A DNA stretch of 64,000 nucleotides, taken from positions 6,796-70,795 of the forward strand of contig JBHPGB010000002.1 in NCBI GenBank assembly GCA_042571085.1. Reading direction: 5' to 3'. The translations under genes and the position numbers were made by a program. Source of the stretch: Patescibacteria group bacterium. Lineage in GTDB: Bacteria > Patescibacteriota > Minisyncoccia > Phycocordibacterales > JBHPGB01. The notes beneath the pieces are model-generated. The model searched no databases. It was not told where the DNA came from and saw only the letters and a program-made list of their open reading frames with translations. Of this stretch, positions 1-12,622 are shown piece by piece (within the stretch, counting starts at the first letter, position 1; every line of letters begins with the position of its first letter).

Positions 1-33
1 AAAAACCAATTTGTCACCTAATAATATCACAAT

Positions 34-999
34 CTATTTACCTTCCAAAGTCAAAGCTACTATATGATCAAGAAATTCGGAAAGGTTTGAGCCCACGGCA
101 TCAAGCGCCTTAGGTAAAAGAGATTCTTCTGTAAGTCCTGGCAAAGAATTGGTTTCCAAAAAATAAATACCGCGCGGTGAAAGAATAAAATCAGATCTGG
201 AATAATGTTTTAAATCAAGCGCTTTGTGCATTTTTTTCGCAGCCTCTATAATCTGCTTTTTTTCATCTTTATTGAAATTCCCTGGGCATATCTTTCGTGC
301 TTTACCATTATATTTGAGCTCTTTATCAAAGATGTTATCTCCATCTGGAGTTTGTATTTCTACTACAGGTAAGGAGTATACATCTTCATTGCGAAACTTT
401 TCTATTATCGCACAAGTTGCTTCCCTGCCTTTTACATACTCTTCTACCAAAATAGAATCTGACACTGAAAGAGCTTTGTGTATGGCCTCGGTAAGCTCAT
501 CATACTTTTTCACAAAAGAAACACCTACGGATGACCCAAGTCTGGCCGGTTTTACAATAAGCGGAAATGACATTGAGTGAAATATGTCGTGTGTTTTTTG
601 ATTTACATCTTCATTTGCTTCCACGCGTACAAAATTTGGTGTTAAAATTCCAGCCTTTTTTGCAATATCTTTTGCGATCGGCTTATTCATTGCAAACACA
701 GACGCAAGTACTTTTGAACCAGTATACGGGATAGCAAATCTATTTAATTCTTTTTGTACTCCACCATCCTCACCATATTCCCCATGCAAGCAGTTGAAAA
801 TAATGTCTACTTTTCGAGACGCTTCCTCAATAGAAACAGGCACGCCACCAATATGCCATGTACCATCTTTTGTTATTAGAATATCCTCTTTAGAATATTT
901 TTGGGGTAAGTGTTTAAGTACGTTTGCGCCAGTCTGTAGAGACACATCATATTCGTGCCCAACACCGCCACGCAAAACTCCAATTCGTGTTTTCGACAT
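34..999 (-). CDS. ddl: D-alanine--D-alanine ligase
   Basis: Motifs RGGVGHEYDVS, LHGEYGEDG, VKPARLGSSVGV, SRSDF, LETNSLPG. Start moved to MSKTRI (999), 6 nt after a TACAAT -10. Confidence 0.93.
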   Translation of the reverse strand: MSKTRIGVLRGGVGHEYDVSLQTGANVLKHLPQKYSKEDILITKDGTWHIGGVPVSIEEASRKVDIIFNCLHGEYGEDGGVQKELNRFAIPYTGSKVLASVFAMNKPIAKDIAKKAGILTPNFVRVEANEDVNQKTHDIFHSMSFPLIVKPARLGSSVGVSFVKKYDELTEAIHKALSVSDSILVEEYVKGREATCAIIEKFRNEDVYSLPVVEIQTPDGDNIFDKELKYNGKARKICPGNFNKDEKKQIIEAAKKMHKALDLKHYSRSDFILSPRGIYFLETNSLPGLTEESLLPKALDAVGSNLSEFLDHIVALTLEGK

Positions 1000-1104
1000 A
1001 TCTCTATTGTACGACAAGTGAAGCCTATTGCACAATACATAAGGGTGGTGTAATCTATTAATCAGGTAAGTAACACTAACGCATATCTGTTTGGGAGAAT
1101 AGAC

Positions 1105-1380
1105 ATGAGCAGTGCGGCAAGACAACTTAAAAAACCTGATTCTATTCAAAATCCTGTAATATCAAAAGAGTTAGATGAACAGCTTTCGAATTTCGCAAAA
1201 AAAGAGCTTGCTAAGGTTGTTGGAGAAGTTGGCTGTAAATTAGAAGAAATGTTGTCTGAGACTGGTTTAGACTCAGGAACAAAACAACAGATCATAAGAA
1301 ACAAATTGCGAGAAGCTAGAAATAGCGGATTGGTACTCAGGGAAACCGAGCATCAGGTCAATGAAGAAGATGATGATTAG
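1105..1380 (+). CDS. hypothetical protein
   Basis: 91-aa ORF with GGGAGA RBS, followed by a terminator. Confidence 0.6.
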   Translation: MSSAARQLKKPDSIQNPVISKELDEQLSNFAKKELAKVVGEVGCKLEEMLSETGLDSGTKQQIIRNKLREARNSGLVLRETEHQVNEEDDD

Positions 1381-1395
1381 GTGGGAATACAAAAA

Positions 1396-1436
1396 AGGCG
1401 GGAGGTCATTCAGACCCTCCCGCCGTTATTTTTTTA
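1396..1436. terminator. bidirectional intrinsic terminator
   Basis: GGCGGGAGG...CCTCCCGCC hairpin with A/T tails between convergent genes. Confidence 0.7.
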
Positions 1437-2705
1437 TTATTTCAAAGCTTTTCGCATCTTTTTTCTGTGTCCAGTAATTGAAAATCTGTGTGCTTCGTAA
1501 TTTACAAGCAGGATTTCTTTTTCACCCACAGGGCACTTCGCATATTTTTGCACCAATTCTTTTTTACCTAAGATTTCTTTTGGTCTGTGTTTTTCATCTT
1601 TTACAACAGCAAGTACTGGGATTTTTACACCAATTTCCTTCATAACTTTTTCCGCAGCATTCTTTTGCGCCTTTCCACCGTCAACAACAATCAACCTCGG
1701 ATATTGCCATTCAGGATGAGCAAAGCGCCTTTCAAGCACTTCTTTTAGGCTCGCTACATCATTCACACCATCAACTGTTTTAATATTAAACTTTCTGTAT
1801 TCATTTTTGTTTGGCTCAGAACCATCAAGTACTGTCATAACTCCAAGCATTCCCTTCCCGCTCAAATGCGCCACGTCGTATCCTTCTATCCTGAAACCAT
1901 TCGTTTTTGTACGATTTGAATAGTTCTCTTTTAGAAGAACGACATCTTGAATATGATTAAGTGCAAAAACTTGCCGCTTTAATTCTCCAGCCTTTTCAAA
2001 TTCCTTCTTCTTTGCGTAAGCACGCATCTCCTTCTCAAGTTTTTTAATCAAACCAGGCTTCTTGCCATTCAAAAGCATTTTTATATTTGTAATAATCTTA
2101 CGATACTCTCGCTTTGAAATCTCACCAGTACAAACTCCTGGACACAATCTAATCTGACGATTAAAACACGGCTTCACCAATTTGGTGCCCCGAGTACCAA
2201 ATTGAGAGCTCGGAGCTACCAATGGTACACACTTATCGCGGAATGGAAAAATCTTTCGCACAATTTTTAGCACATCTCTCAAAATTCCACCTTGAGGAAA
2301 CGGGCCAAATATTTCTTTGATTCCTTCTGTGTTTTTTTCTAATTCCCTACCACGCTTTATAAGCACGCGCGGAAAATCCTCATCAGTAATCACGATGTAA
2401 TTATGGCTTTTATCACTCTTTTCTTTTGAGTTATATTTTGGTTGATATTTTTTAATCAAGCTCACCTCAAGAATCAACGCCTCGAGTACGGAGTCTGTTT
2501 CTTGCCACTTCACATTATTTGCCTTTTCAACCATCTCAAAAACAACAGGTCCACGCTTTTCCATCAAATCACCAGCAAAATAGCTTCGCACACGTGTGCG
2601 AATACTGGTTGCCTTGCCTATGTATAACAACTCTTTTCCTTTAAAGAATAGGTACACTCCGGATTTATCAGGCAATTTATATTTTTTTATGTCTTGACTA
2701 TTCAT
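1437..2705 (-). CDS. uvrC: excinuclease ABC subunit C (short form, no C-terminal HhH)
   Basis: GIY-YIG N-terminus (GVYLF...YIGKA..IRTRVRSYF), UVR coiled coil, RNase H-like domain (EGYDVAH, VVDGG). Start MNSQD is 7 nt after TATAAT. Confidence 0.88.
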   Translation of the reverse strand: MNSQDIKKYKLPDKSGVYLFFKGKELLYIGKATSIRTRVRSYFAGDLMEKRGPVVFEMVEKANNVKWQETDSVLEALILEVSLIKKYQPKYNSKEKSDKSHNYIVITDEDFPRVLIKRGRELEKNTEGIKEIFGPFPQGGILRDVLKIVRKIFPFRDKCVPLVAPSSQFGTRGTKLVKPCFNRQIRLCPGVCTGEISKREYRKIITNIKMLLNGKKPGLIKKLEKEMRAYAKKKEFEKAGELKRQVFALNHIQDVVLLKENYSNRTKTNGFRIEGYDVAHLSGKGMLGVMTVLDGSEPNKNEYRKFNIKTVDGVNDVASLKEVLERRFAHPEWQYPRLIVVDGGKAQKNAAEKVMKEIGVKIPVLAVVKDEKHRPKEILGKKELVQKYAKCPVGEKEILLVNYEAHRFSITGHRKKMRKALK

Positions 2706-2756
2706 ATTTGCCATTATATATTAATAAGTAGACAAAGCTACTTAGGGAGAAGCCCT

Positions 2757-3260
2757 ATGAAGATCAGAGAGGTGAGACTTCTTTTACCGAGAATTTCTGG
2801 TCTAATCGAAACAGAACTTGGTAAACTCAAATTAAACCATATAGAATTTGAAGAGCTTGCACGTTTTATTCTAGAGGAAGGCTTGTTAAAAACAGAAGGT
2901 TCAGTGACTAAATCTTATAGGTTTAATAATTTTGTACGAGAATACAAAATACAAAAACTTCGGTCACTTACAACTGCCATTAATCAGGACCCTGAATGGA
3001 GATTGCACAACAATTCGATTTCCATAGTTGCTGCCATTGAGCATGTAAAAATATGCTTAATAAAATATGATAAAATTGTTTCATATGAGGCCGCGAGAAA
3101 GATTCTACTTAATATACAATCAGAACTCTCAAAGGTCCCGGAAACCAGGTATCTGAGCATTGCCGTAAGAAGAAAACTGAAAGGTAAGAAATGGACGATC
3201 GTGTATGAAGCACCGATTGAACACCATCTTGCCAAAATGTACCGTAATGGTGAATTATAG
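2757..3260 (+). CDS. hypothetical protein
   Basis: Intergenic ORF; GGGAGA RBS before MKIRE. Confidence 0.55.
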   Translation: MKIREVRLLLPRISGLIETELGKLKLNHIEFEELARFILEEGLLKTEGSVTKSYRFNNFVREYKIQKLRSLTTAINQDPEWRLHNNSISIVAAIEHVKICLIKYDKIVSYEAARKILLNIQSELSKVPETRYLSIAVRRKLKGKKWTIVYEAPIEHHLAKMYRNGEL

Positions 3261-3292
3261 TAGCGAGTAATATTTTTTTGCTCGCTCTTTTT

Positions 3293-5902
3293 TTATAAAT
3301 GTTTTTTCAAATACTCTCCTGTAATTGATTTTTTGTTATCGGCCACCTGCTCTGGTGTACCCTTCGCAATCAAATTTCCGCCACCCTTTCCTCCCTCAGG
3401 GCCGATGTCTACTATATAATCAGCTGTTTTTACTATATCTAAATTGTGTTCAATTAAAACAACCGTGTTTCCTTTATCTACTAATTTCTGTAAAATTTCA
3501 ATCAATTTTTTCACATCTTCATAATGCAAACCAACAGTTGGCTCATCCAAAAGATAAATAGTTTTTTGCACATGAGGACGATACAATTCTGAAGAAATTT
3601 TTACTCTCTGTGCTTCTCCACCAGAAAGCGTCGTTGCTGATTGTCCCAATTCCAAATACCCAAGCCCTACATCATTCAAACTTTTTAGACGATCGTGAAT
3701 TGCTGGAATATCTTCAAAAAATTCCAGAGCTTCTTCAACTGTCATTTTAAGCACATCGTAAATATTTTTCTTTTTATACTTTACTTCCAAAGTTTCTTTT
3801 TCAAATCTTTTTCCGCCACACACATCACACTTCACATACACAGTCGGCAGAAAATGCATTTCAACAGCTATCTGCCCATTACCTTGGCATGATTCGCAGC
3901 GACCACCCTTCACGTTAAAACTAAAGCGGTTAGCTTTCCAGCCACGAAATCGCGCTTCTTCTGTTGCCGCAAACAAATCTCTAATATGTGTAAACGAACC
4001 AGTATATGTAGCTGGGTTAGATCTTGGTGTGCGTCCAATCGGTGCTTGATCTATAAGAATAGAACGAGAAACATATTCAGAACCAGTAAAGTCTGCGCAA
4101 TTATATATATCATTGCTTCTATATTTTTTATCGAAACGCGCCCGTAAGTTTTTATACAAAATCTCATGCATCAAAGAGCTTTTTCCAGAACCAGATACAC
4201 CGGTAATCACACTCATTTTCCCAAGCGGAAAATCAACATTCATGTTTTTGATGTTAAATATATTTCCTCCGCGAATTTTGATTGAACCTTTGTCTTGATC
4301 GCGGCGTTTATGCGGTACTTCTATTTCAGTATCTCCACGCAAATAATCAAGTGTTAAAGATTTTGATGGGTTTGTTTTTGCTGATAAAAGTTTTTCCAAA
4401 TCATCTGCAACAACAATCTCACCGCCATGTATACCCGCCTTTGGACCGATGTCCACAATATAATCAGAAGCAAAAATAGTATCCTCATCGTGCTCGACAA
4501 CAATGATGGTGTTGCCAAGGTCACGTAGGTTTTGAAGTGTTTTTATGAGACGGTCATTATCACGCTGGTGTAGGCCAATAGTAGGCTCATCAAGCACATA
4601 CAGTGCTCCAACCAAGCGAGAACCAAGCTGTGATGCCAAGCGAATACGCTGTGCTTCTCCACCAGAGAGTGTGTTGGCGCGTCTATCTAATGTAAGATAT
4701 TCAATTCCAACATCAAGCATGAAAAATAACCGAGCTTCAATTTCCCTCATAACAGGCTCGGATATTTCTTTATCTCTAACAGACAATTTCAAACTAGTGA
4801 AAAATTCTGCTGCTTCGCCAATAGACATTGATGTCACTTCTACTATATTTTTACCCCCGATTAAAACATTAAGCGCTTCCGATCTTAATCTCGCACCTTT
4901 ACACGTATCACATACCTCTTTACCAAAGAAATGTTTTGTACCAAGGCCATTACAAGCCTCACAAGCACCATAAGGTGAGTTGAATGAGAAAAGTCTTGGC
5001 TCAACTTCTGGATATGAAAAACCATCCTCCGGACAAGAAAACTTCGATGAAAGTATTATTTCATCATCATCTATGCGCACGCGTACAAGCCCATCAGCTT
5101 CATCAAGAGCGCGCTCTAGAGATTCCTGTAAGCGTTGTTTAGTATCTTTCGCATTCTCTTTAAAATCAAGTAAATCAATTTCATCCACCAAAACGTCGAT
5201 GTCATGCTTCTTTGTTTTGGTGAGCACAATCTGGTCACGTAAAGATTTCATTTTTCCGTCAACTCGCACATTTATATACCCTTTGCCTAGTAAATCATAA
5301 AGAAGTTGGTAATACTCACCCTTTCTCCCACGCACCACCGGTGCAAAAAGCTGTACTGAGCTAGACTTATATTCCACACCCATTACTTTTTTTGTACCAT
5401 TTTTCTTTTGTGTCTTTCCTGCACCTTTCACTTTTTTCAAAACAAAATTCAAAATCTCTTCATTAGAAAGCTTTTCAATTTCCCTACCACACTCCAAACA
5501 ATGCGGCTTTCCAATACGCGCAAAAAGTACACGCATATAATCGTATATTTCTGTAATAGTCGCCACTGTTGAACGTGGGTTGTTTGATCTACTTTTCTGA
5601 TCAATAGAAATCGCTGGAGAAAGCCCGACGATCTCATCAACATCTGGCTTCTGCATTTGACGCAAAAATTGTCGCGCGTATGCAGACAAAGATTCTACAT
5701 AACGACGCTGTCCTTCAGCAAAAATAGTATCAAAAGCAAGAGAAGATTTTCCTGATCCAGATAATCCAGTAAACACAACCATCTTATTGCGAGGCATTTC
5801 TACCGTCACATCTTTGAGATTATGTGTGCGGGCACCTTTTACTATTATTTTGCCAGACTCGAACATGTCTGATTCTTTTTTGTTATTTGTATTCTTTTTC
5901 AT
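3293..5902 (-). CDS. uvrA: excinuclease ABC subunit A
   Basis: GARTHNLK, two Walker A motifs ([16 protein letters not shown]), LSGGEAQR twice, zinc fingers. Exact start uncertain. Confidence 0.97.
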   Translation of the reverse strand: MKKNTNNKKESDMFESGKIIVKGARTHNLKDVTVEMPRNKMVVFTGLSGSGKSSLAFDTIFAEGQRRYVESLSAYARQFLRQMQKPDVDEIVGLSPAISIDQKSRSNNPRSTVATITEIYDYMRVLFARIGKPHCLECGREIEKLSNEEILNFVLKKVKGAGKTQKKNGTKKVMGVEYKSSSVQLFAPVVRGRKGEYYQLLYDLLGKGYINVRVDGKMKSLRDQIVLTKTKKHDIDVLVDEIDLLDFKENAKDTKQRLQESLERALDEADGLVRVRIDDDEIILSSKFSCPEDGFSYPEVEPRLFSFNSPYGACEACNGLGTKHFFGKEVCDTCKGARLRSEALNVLIGGKNIVEVTSMSIGEAAEFFTSLKLSVRDKEISEPVMREIEARLFFMLDVGIEYLTLDRRANTLSGGEAQRIRLASQLGSRLVGALYVLDEPTIGLHQRDNDRLIKTLQNLRDLGNTIIVVEHDEDTIFASDYIVDIGPKAGIHGGEIVVADDLEKLLSAKTNPSKSLTLDYLRGDTEIEVPHKRRDQDKGSIKIRGGNIFNIKNMNVDFPLGKMSVITGVSGSGKSSLMHEILYKNLRARFDKKYRSNDIYNCADFTGSEYVSRSILIDQAPIGRTPRSNPATYTGSFTHIRDLFAATEEARFRGWKANRFSFNVKGGRCESCQGNGQIAVEMHFLPTVYVKCDVCGGKRFEKETLEVKYKKKNIYDVLKMTVEEALEFFEDIPAIHDRLKSLNDVGLGYLELGQSATTLSGGEAQRVKISSELYRPHVQKTIYLLDEPTVGLHYEDVKKLIEILQKLVDKGNTVVLIEHNLDIVKTADYIVDIGPEGGKGGGNLIAKGTPEQVADNKKSITGEYLKKHL

Positions 5903-5964
5903 GACAGAAATCGCCCCCACATCATTCATAGGGGTTATATACAAATAAATATACCAGAATACTT

Positions 5965-6126
5965 AGAGCATGTCCAAAAATTCTAGACTGCTGCGAAATT
6001 GTGTTGCGAGCTGCGAATATCGGCTCAAAAAACTCACCGTAGCTACGGCTATGGCTCATTTTCCTCGCCGCATTCTCGCCTCGCAACCCAATCTCTCGCC
6101 ACGTCAATAGTTTTTGGACATGCTCT
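5965..6126. mobile_element. MITE-like element with 16-bp terminal inverted repeats
   Basis: AGAGCATGTCCAAAAA (5965-5980) and TTTTTGGACATGCTCT (6111-6126) enclose a GC-richer noncoding core. Confidence 0.7.
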
Positions 6127-6204
6127 GCAATTACACAAACTCTTTGTTTTTTTGTAAATACGTGCTACCTTTGTGTTAGAAATGTTTTTAAAGAGGACAA
6201 AATC

Positions 6205-6558
6205 ATGGCAATTCCGCCCCAAATATACCCAGAGCTTATACCAGAACCCCTTTCAGAAAAACAAAAACTTGAGTTAGAAAATCTTATAAAGATTATTGAT
6301 AAAAAACTCGAGAAAGCAGACAGTCCTGATTTGGTACGAGTACGAATCTCAATGGAGTGCGAAATACCAGAATGCGCAGTATTATTTGGGGTTGGCCCTT
6401 TCTACATTAAGAAAGGCTGGTACGCAATACTCTTTGACACAGAACAGGCGAAGCTTTACGAGAGCCGTCTTGAGGGATTTTGGATTCTCGATTTTTACAA
6501 AAAATCACATCTTGTGTTTGGTACAAAAACATCCAACTGGGCAACCACACGCAAATAA
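6205..6558 (+). CDS. hypothetical protein
   Basis: 117-aa ORF with GAGGA RBS; terminator hairpin at 6562-6592. Confidence 0.6.
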   Translation: MAIPPQIYPELIPEPLSEKQKLELENLIKIIDKKLEKADSPDLVRVRISMECEIPECAVLFGVGPFYIKKGWYAILFDTEQAKLYESRLEGFWILDFYKKSHLVFGTKTSNWATTRK

Positions 6559-6608
6559 AAAACCGGCTACATGTTGTACACATGTAGCCGGTATCTTTTT
6601 TGTTGAAA

Positions 6609-7070
6609 CTAATTTACTGAATCAGGCTTTTCAGGGAAATCACACCCGAGATGTTCGGAAAGATCTGCCGAATCAAACTCGGAAGACTGCATCTCTGCCG
6701 GCCCTTGTTCTTTTTCATCATCCTCATTCGAGTTTTCAGACTCAATGACTTTTTCTGAGCTTGCGAACATCTGCAGCAAATCATCTGTACTCATTGTTAT
6801 TGCTTCATTTTGTGCATAATATTCACAAAACTCTATTTGTAATTCATCATCACCGCTAAATAAATACATCATGATGCTCAACCGTGCATCAATTCCTTCA
6901 GAAAAATTTGATATTAATCTAAGATCTTTATATGGATACTTAGATTTTTCGCCGGTATCTTCAAGTGAGTTAAAGAGTTCCCCGTCACCAGAAAGCCTTG
7001 CCATATCATATATATCATCAACTAATATGGACATCAATTCAAATAAATATTCTTTCTTAAACTGTTTCAT
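6609..7070 (-). CDS. hypothetical acidic protein
   Basis: 153-aa ORF with GAGG RBS, downstream of uvrB. Confidence 0.6.
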   Translation of the reverse strand: MKQFKKEYLFELMSILVDDIYDMARLSGDGELFNSLEDTGEKSKYPYKDLRLISNFSEGIDARLSIMMYLFSGDDELQIEFCEYYAQNEAITMSTDDLLQMFASSEKVIESENSNEDDEKEQGPAEMQSSEFDSADLSEHLGCDFPEKPDSVN

Positions 7071-7114
7071 TGGAAACCTCGTTTTAATTAGCTCATTCTA
7101 ACCTATTTCTACCA

Positions 7115-9142
7115 TTATTTACCCATCTTTTCAAGAATTTCTATTTCGTCTCGAAGAATTGCAGCTGTTTCAAAATCTAGAATTTTTACCGCTGCATTCA
7201 TTTGTTTCTCCTTGGTCGCAATCACCTTCTTTAGTTTCTTAGGATTATCAGCAAATTTCTTTTTATCTATTTCCAGAAGTGCGTTGACTGCTTTACCGTG
7301 CTGGCTTTCCATTTGCTCGGTAATATCATGAATTTTTTTGATGATTGTTTTGGGGGTAATTCCGTGCTTTTTATTATATTCCATTTGCAATTTGCGACGA
7401 CGGTTTGTCTCCCCTACGGCTCGGTCAATTGAACCTGTAATGTTGTCGGCATACAAGATAACTTTACCTGCCGCATTTCGTGCCGCACGTCCGATAGTTT
7501 GAATAAGGGCTGTTTCGCTACGTAAAAAACCTTCTTTGTCTGCATCTAAAATTCCAATTAGTGTAACTTCTGGCAAATCCAACCCTTCACGCAAAAGGTT
7601 TACACCAACCAAACAGTCAAATTCACCCTTACGAAATTCCGTAAGAATTTTAATCCTATCTATTGTTTTTATATCACTATGCAGATATTCGGCTTTTATT
7701 CCTTTTTCTTTTAGAAATACACTCAGATCTTCCGCCATTCTTTTTGTGAGGGTTGTTGCGATGACGCGATTCCCTTTCTTGATTTCCTTCTCTGATTCAG
7801 CAATGAAATCTTTAATCTGCCCTTTGTACTTACCTTTTTCAATAATCGGTCGGATATCAATCTCTGGGTCCAGAAGTCCTGTTGGTCTAATTATCTGTTC
7901 AACAACATTACCTTTTGACTCTTCGATCTCATATTCGGCCGGTGTTGCAGATGTATATATTACTTGTCCAACTCTCTCATCAAATTCTTCAAATCGTAGA
8001 GGTCGGTTATCTAGCGCGCTCGGTAGTCGGAAACCATATTCTACCAAAGTACTCTTTCGTGACTGGTCACCTGCGTACATACCACGAACCTGCGGCACTG
8101 TTACGTGCGACTCATCTATTACTGTAAGAAAATCTGCACTCCCGTCTTCTTTGTGTGGAAAATAGCTAAGTAAAGTTTCCGCTGGCTCTCCAGCTTTTTT
8201 ACCAGAAAGATGTCGGGAATAATTTTCAATACCATTACAATATCCAACCTCTTTGATAAGTGCCAAATCATGATTGGTACGACGCCGCAATCTCTCCGCG
8301 TCTAATTCCTTCCCATCTTTTTCTAATTTTTTTAATTGCGTAGCAAGTTCAGCTTTGATAGCTTTAATTGCTCGCTTCTTTTTACTTTCGTCAGTTAAAA
8401 AGTGTTTTGCCGGGAAAAGAAATACGTCATCCACCTCTTCCAAAATTGTACCGGATACTGGATCAATATGAGTAATTCTCGCAATTGCCCCATTGGAAAT
8501 TTCAATACGATAAACAGTACGTTGTGATGTAGACATCACCTCTACAACATTACCAACACTTCTAAATGTGCCGGGTTTCAAATCAGCTGTTGTGCGTTCA
8601 AAAAACACTGAAACTAATTTACGCAAGAGCGTATTCCGATCCATTTTATCTCCAATCTTCAAAACCAAATTCATTTCCAGATATTCTTTTGGGCTTCCGA
8701 GGCCGTAAATACATGAAACCGATGCAACAATAATCACATCTTTTCTCGAAAGCAACGCTTGTGTGGAGGCATGGCGCAACCTATCGATTTCTTCATTAAT
8801 CTGCGCATCTTTCTCAATGTATGTATCTGTCACGGGCATATAAGCTTCTGGCTGATAGAAGTCGTAATAAGAAACAAAATAGTGCACCGCATTGTCTGGA
8901 AAAAACTCTTTGTATTCTTGCGCAAGCTGAGCTGCTAGAGTTTTGTTATGAGCAATCACAAGCGTTGGTTTTTGCACGTTCTCAATCACATTCGCAACCG
9001 TGAAAGTCTTTCCGGAACCAGTCACACCTAAAAGCGTCTGGTGCTCTATTCCATTTTTCACACCGTCAATCAGTTTTTTTATTGCATTCGGCTGATCCCC
9101 AGCAGGTTTATATTCGCTTTTTAACTTGAATTTTTTCGACAT
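7115..9142 (-). CDS. uvrB: excinuclease ABC subunit B
   Basis: GVTGSGKT, YFVSYYDFYQPEAY, DESH, QTIGRAARN, C-terminal UVR domain. Confidence 0.98.
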   Translation of the reverse strand: MSKKFKLKSEYKPAGDQPNAIKKLIDGVKNGIEHQTLLGVTGSGKTFTVANVIENVQKPTLVIAHNKTLAAQLAQEYKEFFPDNAVHYFVSYYDFYQPEAYMPVTDTYIEKDAQINEEIDRLRHASTQALLSRKDVIIVASVSCIYGLGSPKEYLEMNLVLKIGDKMDRNTLLRKLVSVFFERTTADLKPGTFRSVGNVVEVMSTSQRTVYRIEISNGAIARITHIDPVSGTILEEVDDVFLFPAKHFLTDESKKKRAIKAIKAELATQLKKLEKDGKELDAERLRRRTNHDLALIKEVGYCNGIENYSRHLSGKKAGEPAETLLSYFPHKEDGSADFLTVIDESHVTVPQVRGMYAGDQSRKSTLVEYGFRLPSALDNRPLRFEEFDERVGQVIYTSATPAEYEIEESKGNVVEQIIRPTGLLDPEIDIRPIIEKGKYKGQIKDFIAESEKEIKKGNRVIATTLTKRMAEDLSVFLKEKGIKAEYLHSDIKTIDRIKILTEFRKGEFDCLVGVNLLREGLDLPEVTLIGILDADKEGFLRSETALIQTIGRAARNAAGKVILYADNITGSIDRAVGETNRRRKLQMEYNKKHGITPKTIIKKIHDITEQMESQHGKAVNALLEIDKKKFADNPKKLKKVIATKEKQMNAAVKILDFETAAILRDEIEILEKMGK

Positions 9143-9211
9143 ATTGCCATATTACCACAAGAATGAAGAAGAAAAGAACCCCGATGAATCGGGGTTCTAA
9201 CATTTTGCCAT

Positions 9212-9514
9212 TTAAAGCGATTTTTGCGGCCAAGAAAGTAGTCCAAAATAGTAGATGAACATTTCATAATTATCTGCTGTCCAGCTATTCATCTGTCTCC
9301 ATACCACATTGCAGATTTGCTTTTCGGCAAGTTCACGACTTTTTGTGCCACTTGCTTTTATAGGAAATCGAAGCTTGTTGGCATCGCGAAGCTTTTGATA
9401 AGTCGCAAGTGTTTTTTTGTTTTTCATAAATCGGCGATACTTTACAAGAGTATTTAGAAACCTTTCTTCCTGTTTGTTTCTTGCCAAGATTTTGATATCA
9501 AATTCTATAGTCAT
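9212..9514 (-). CDS. hypothetical basic protein
   Basis: 100-aa ORF with GAGGA RBS. Confidence 0.55.
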   Translation of the reverse strand: MTIEFDIKILARNKQEERFLNTLVKYRRFMKNKKTLATYQKLRDANKLRFPIKASGTKSRELAEKQICNVVWRQMNSWTADNYEMFIYYFGLLSWPQKSL

Positions 9515-9637
9515 AAAATTATCCTCGGTTTTTCTATATGTATTTATATCATGAAAATAAATTTTGTCTAATCTTTATATGAACTTTAAAAAGCCTTGTT
9601 TTCAGCCATATTAATCGGCTCAACCGGGTTGAGCCGA

Positions 9638-10846
<1,209 letters not shown>

Positions 10847-10901
10847 TCACCGCAGTATAACACGAAAAAAGCGCCTTGTGCGGCGCTTTTTTCAAAGATG
10901 A

Positions 10902-12620
10902 TTATTGAATATATTTATCTACATTAATATATTTCTTTATATTAACGACCGTCTTTCTCATTGAGGCATATATTGTTTTTGATCTAAGTTGAAAGTCTTT
11001 AGGAACTCTTTTTTGAGTGGATAATAGAAGTTCAAGCTCATCAAGATTTTTAGCGAGAATGTCTGAAATTTTTTGAATGTCTCTATTAATTACCACACGG
11101 TACGCATATTTTTTCTTCTCGTTTTCATTGTAATACCAATAGCTACCTCCACCACCTACAATAATAAGGAAAGCGAGCAGCATCAATATTTCCAGTAAAG
11201 TTAAATCAATAGGACCAGCCGACAAAATATTTTTTGCACCAACTCTCAAAGTAATTTCTTCTGTAGAGTAGCTGACAGCACCTCTATTATCACGTGATGT
11301 GAATATTAATTTATATCTACCTTTATCTAGACCATCGTCAATCGTAACTTCCCATTTCCCTGAAATATCAACTTCCGCAACACCTGAATAGACCTCTTCT
11401 TCCTTTTTTGAAATAAGATAATCAACAAATTCTCCTGCAATTCCTTTACCAGAAGCATGAAAAGTATCTTCTAATGTAATGTCATCTGTAATAAAATCAA
11501 TCGTTGGCATCTCTAAAGGAAGGATTTCAAATTCCAATTCATTATCTATATGATTACCAGCTTCATCAAATACATCAACTCGTATTGTGTGTTTTCCAGG
11601 TTTTTGAGGCTTTAATGTGATTGTGGTACTTGCCAATTCATAAGGATTTTGGCCGTCAACAGAAACCATGGAATGAGAATACCCGGAAAGACTATCGCTT
11701 CCAATCCAACTCATTTCAGGTGTTGGATTATCAGAAACCAGAGATGGTGTCTTTATATCAAAAGCAATTGGAGAAGTTACATCAATAGATATTTTATAAT
11801 GAGCTACAGCACCCCAACCTTTGTTATTCTTGAATTGAACATGTATATAATGAACACCCTCATCCAAAATTCCTAAATTCTTACCTGTAAACAATTCTTC
11901 CTCAGCTTCTTGAGGCTCTGTTTTTGGTTTATTGTTTACAGAAACAGCTATCTTAATAACATCATCAGGTACATCCCAGAACACAACTGTTTCTCCTTGA
12001 TACGTATACCATCGCTCCTGATCTGCATATAAAGGTATGCTGAGATCTGGTTTTATAGGTAATTCCTTAGAAATAACAGCTTCTCTTACTATTATTTCTG
12101 GTTGTTCAATAACTTGTGGTTTTGAAACCCCTTCCACTGGGACAGTCCCTTCGCCTATTGTAATACTAAGATTTTTAACAGTATTTAAAACATTTGTTCC
12201 TTTCCCGTCATTTGCTGTGACTATTGGCTTAGATATTCTTATTTCAGCCAATCCTGAATTAAGTGTTTTAAAATTGATTCTCACGATGCGAAGATCTTCA
12301 CCTTCCAAACCGCGCGTCGTGCCACCAATAAAACTTACTGTTCCATCCTCATTTGAAAACACTGGTTCTTCCACCCAGAAATCAAAAACTGAATTTACTC
12401 TATCAACACTCACAACCTCCAAAAGATTTGGTGGAAAAGATACTACAGACTGCGCTGCGTTTATATAATCTTCATCTGTATCAACTAAGATATCTACATA
12501 AAATTCTGTTTGTGTATTAACAGTATTTTTTTCAGATGAAAAATATAGAATTGCTGCTTCTGCTTGAGCAGCAGCAGACATAAATAAAGTAACAAAAATT
12601 ATTAAAAGTATTTTTTTCAT
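10902..12620 (-). CDS. cohesin-domain surface protein with Ig-like domains and C-terminal TM anchor
   Basis: Signal peptide; cohesin-like FYVDILVDT...INAAQSVVSFPPNLLEVVSV...FWVEEP; Ig-like D-x-AGN motif; TM helix near the C-terminus. Confidence 0.7.
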   Translation of the reverse strand: MKKILLIIFVTLFMSAAAQAEAAILYFSSEKNTVNTQTEFYVDILVDTDEDYINAAQSVVSFPPNLLEVVSVDRVNSVFDFWVEEPVFSNEDGTVSFIGGTTRGLEGEDLRIVRINFKTLNSGLAEIRISKPIVTANDGKGTNVLNTVKNLSITIGEGTVPVEGVSKPQVIEQPEIIVREAVISKELPIKPDLSIPLYADQERWYTYQGETVVFWDVPDDVIKIAVSVNNKPKTEPQEAEEELFTGKNLGILDEGVHYIHVQFKNNKGWGAVAHYKISIDVTSPIAFDIKTPSLVSDNPTPEMSWIGSDSLSGYSHSMVSVDGQNPYELASTTITLKPQKPGKHTIRVDVFDEAGNHIDNELEFEILPLEMPTIDFITDDITLEDTFHASGKGIAGEFVDYLISKKEEEVYSGVAEVDISGKWEVTIDDGLDKGRYKLIFTSRDNRGAVSYSTEEITLRVGAKNILSAGPIDLTLLEILMLLAFLIIVGGGGSYWYYNENEKKKYAYRVVINRDIQKISDILAKNLDELELLLSTQKRVPKDFQLRSKTIYASMRKTVVNIKKYINVDKYIQ

Positions 12621-12622
12621 AT

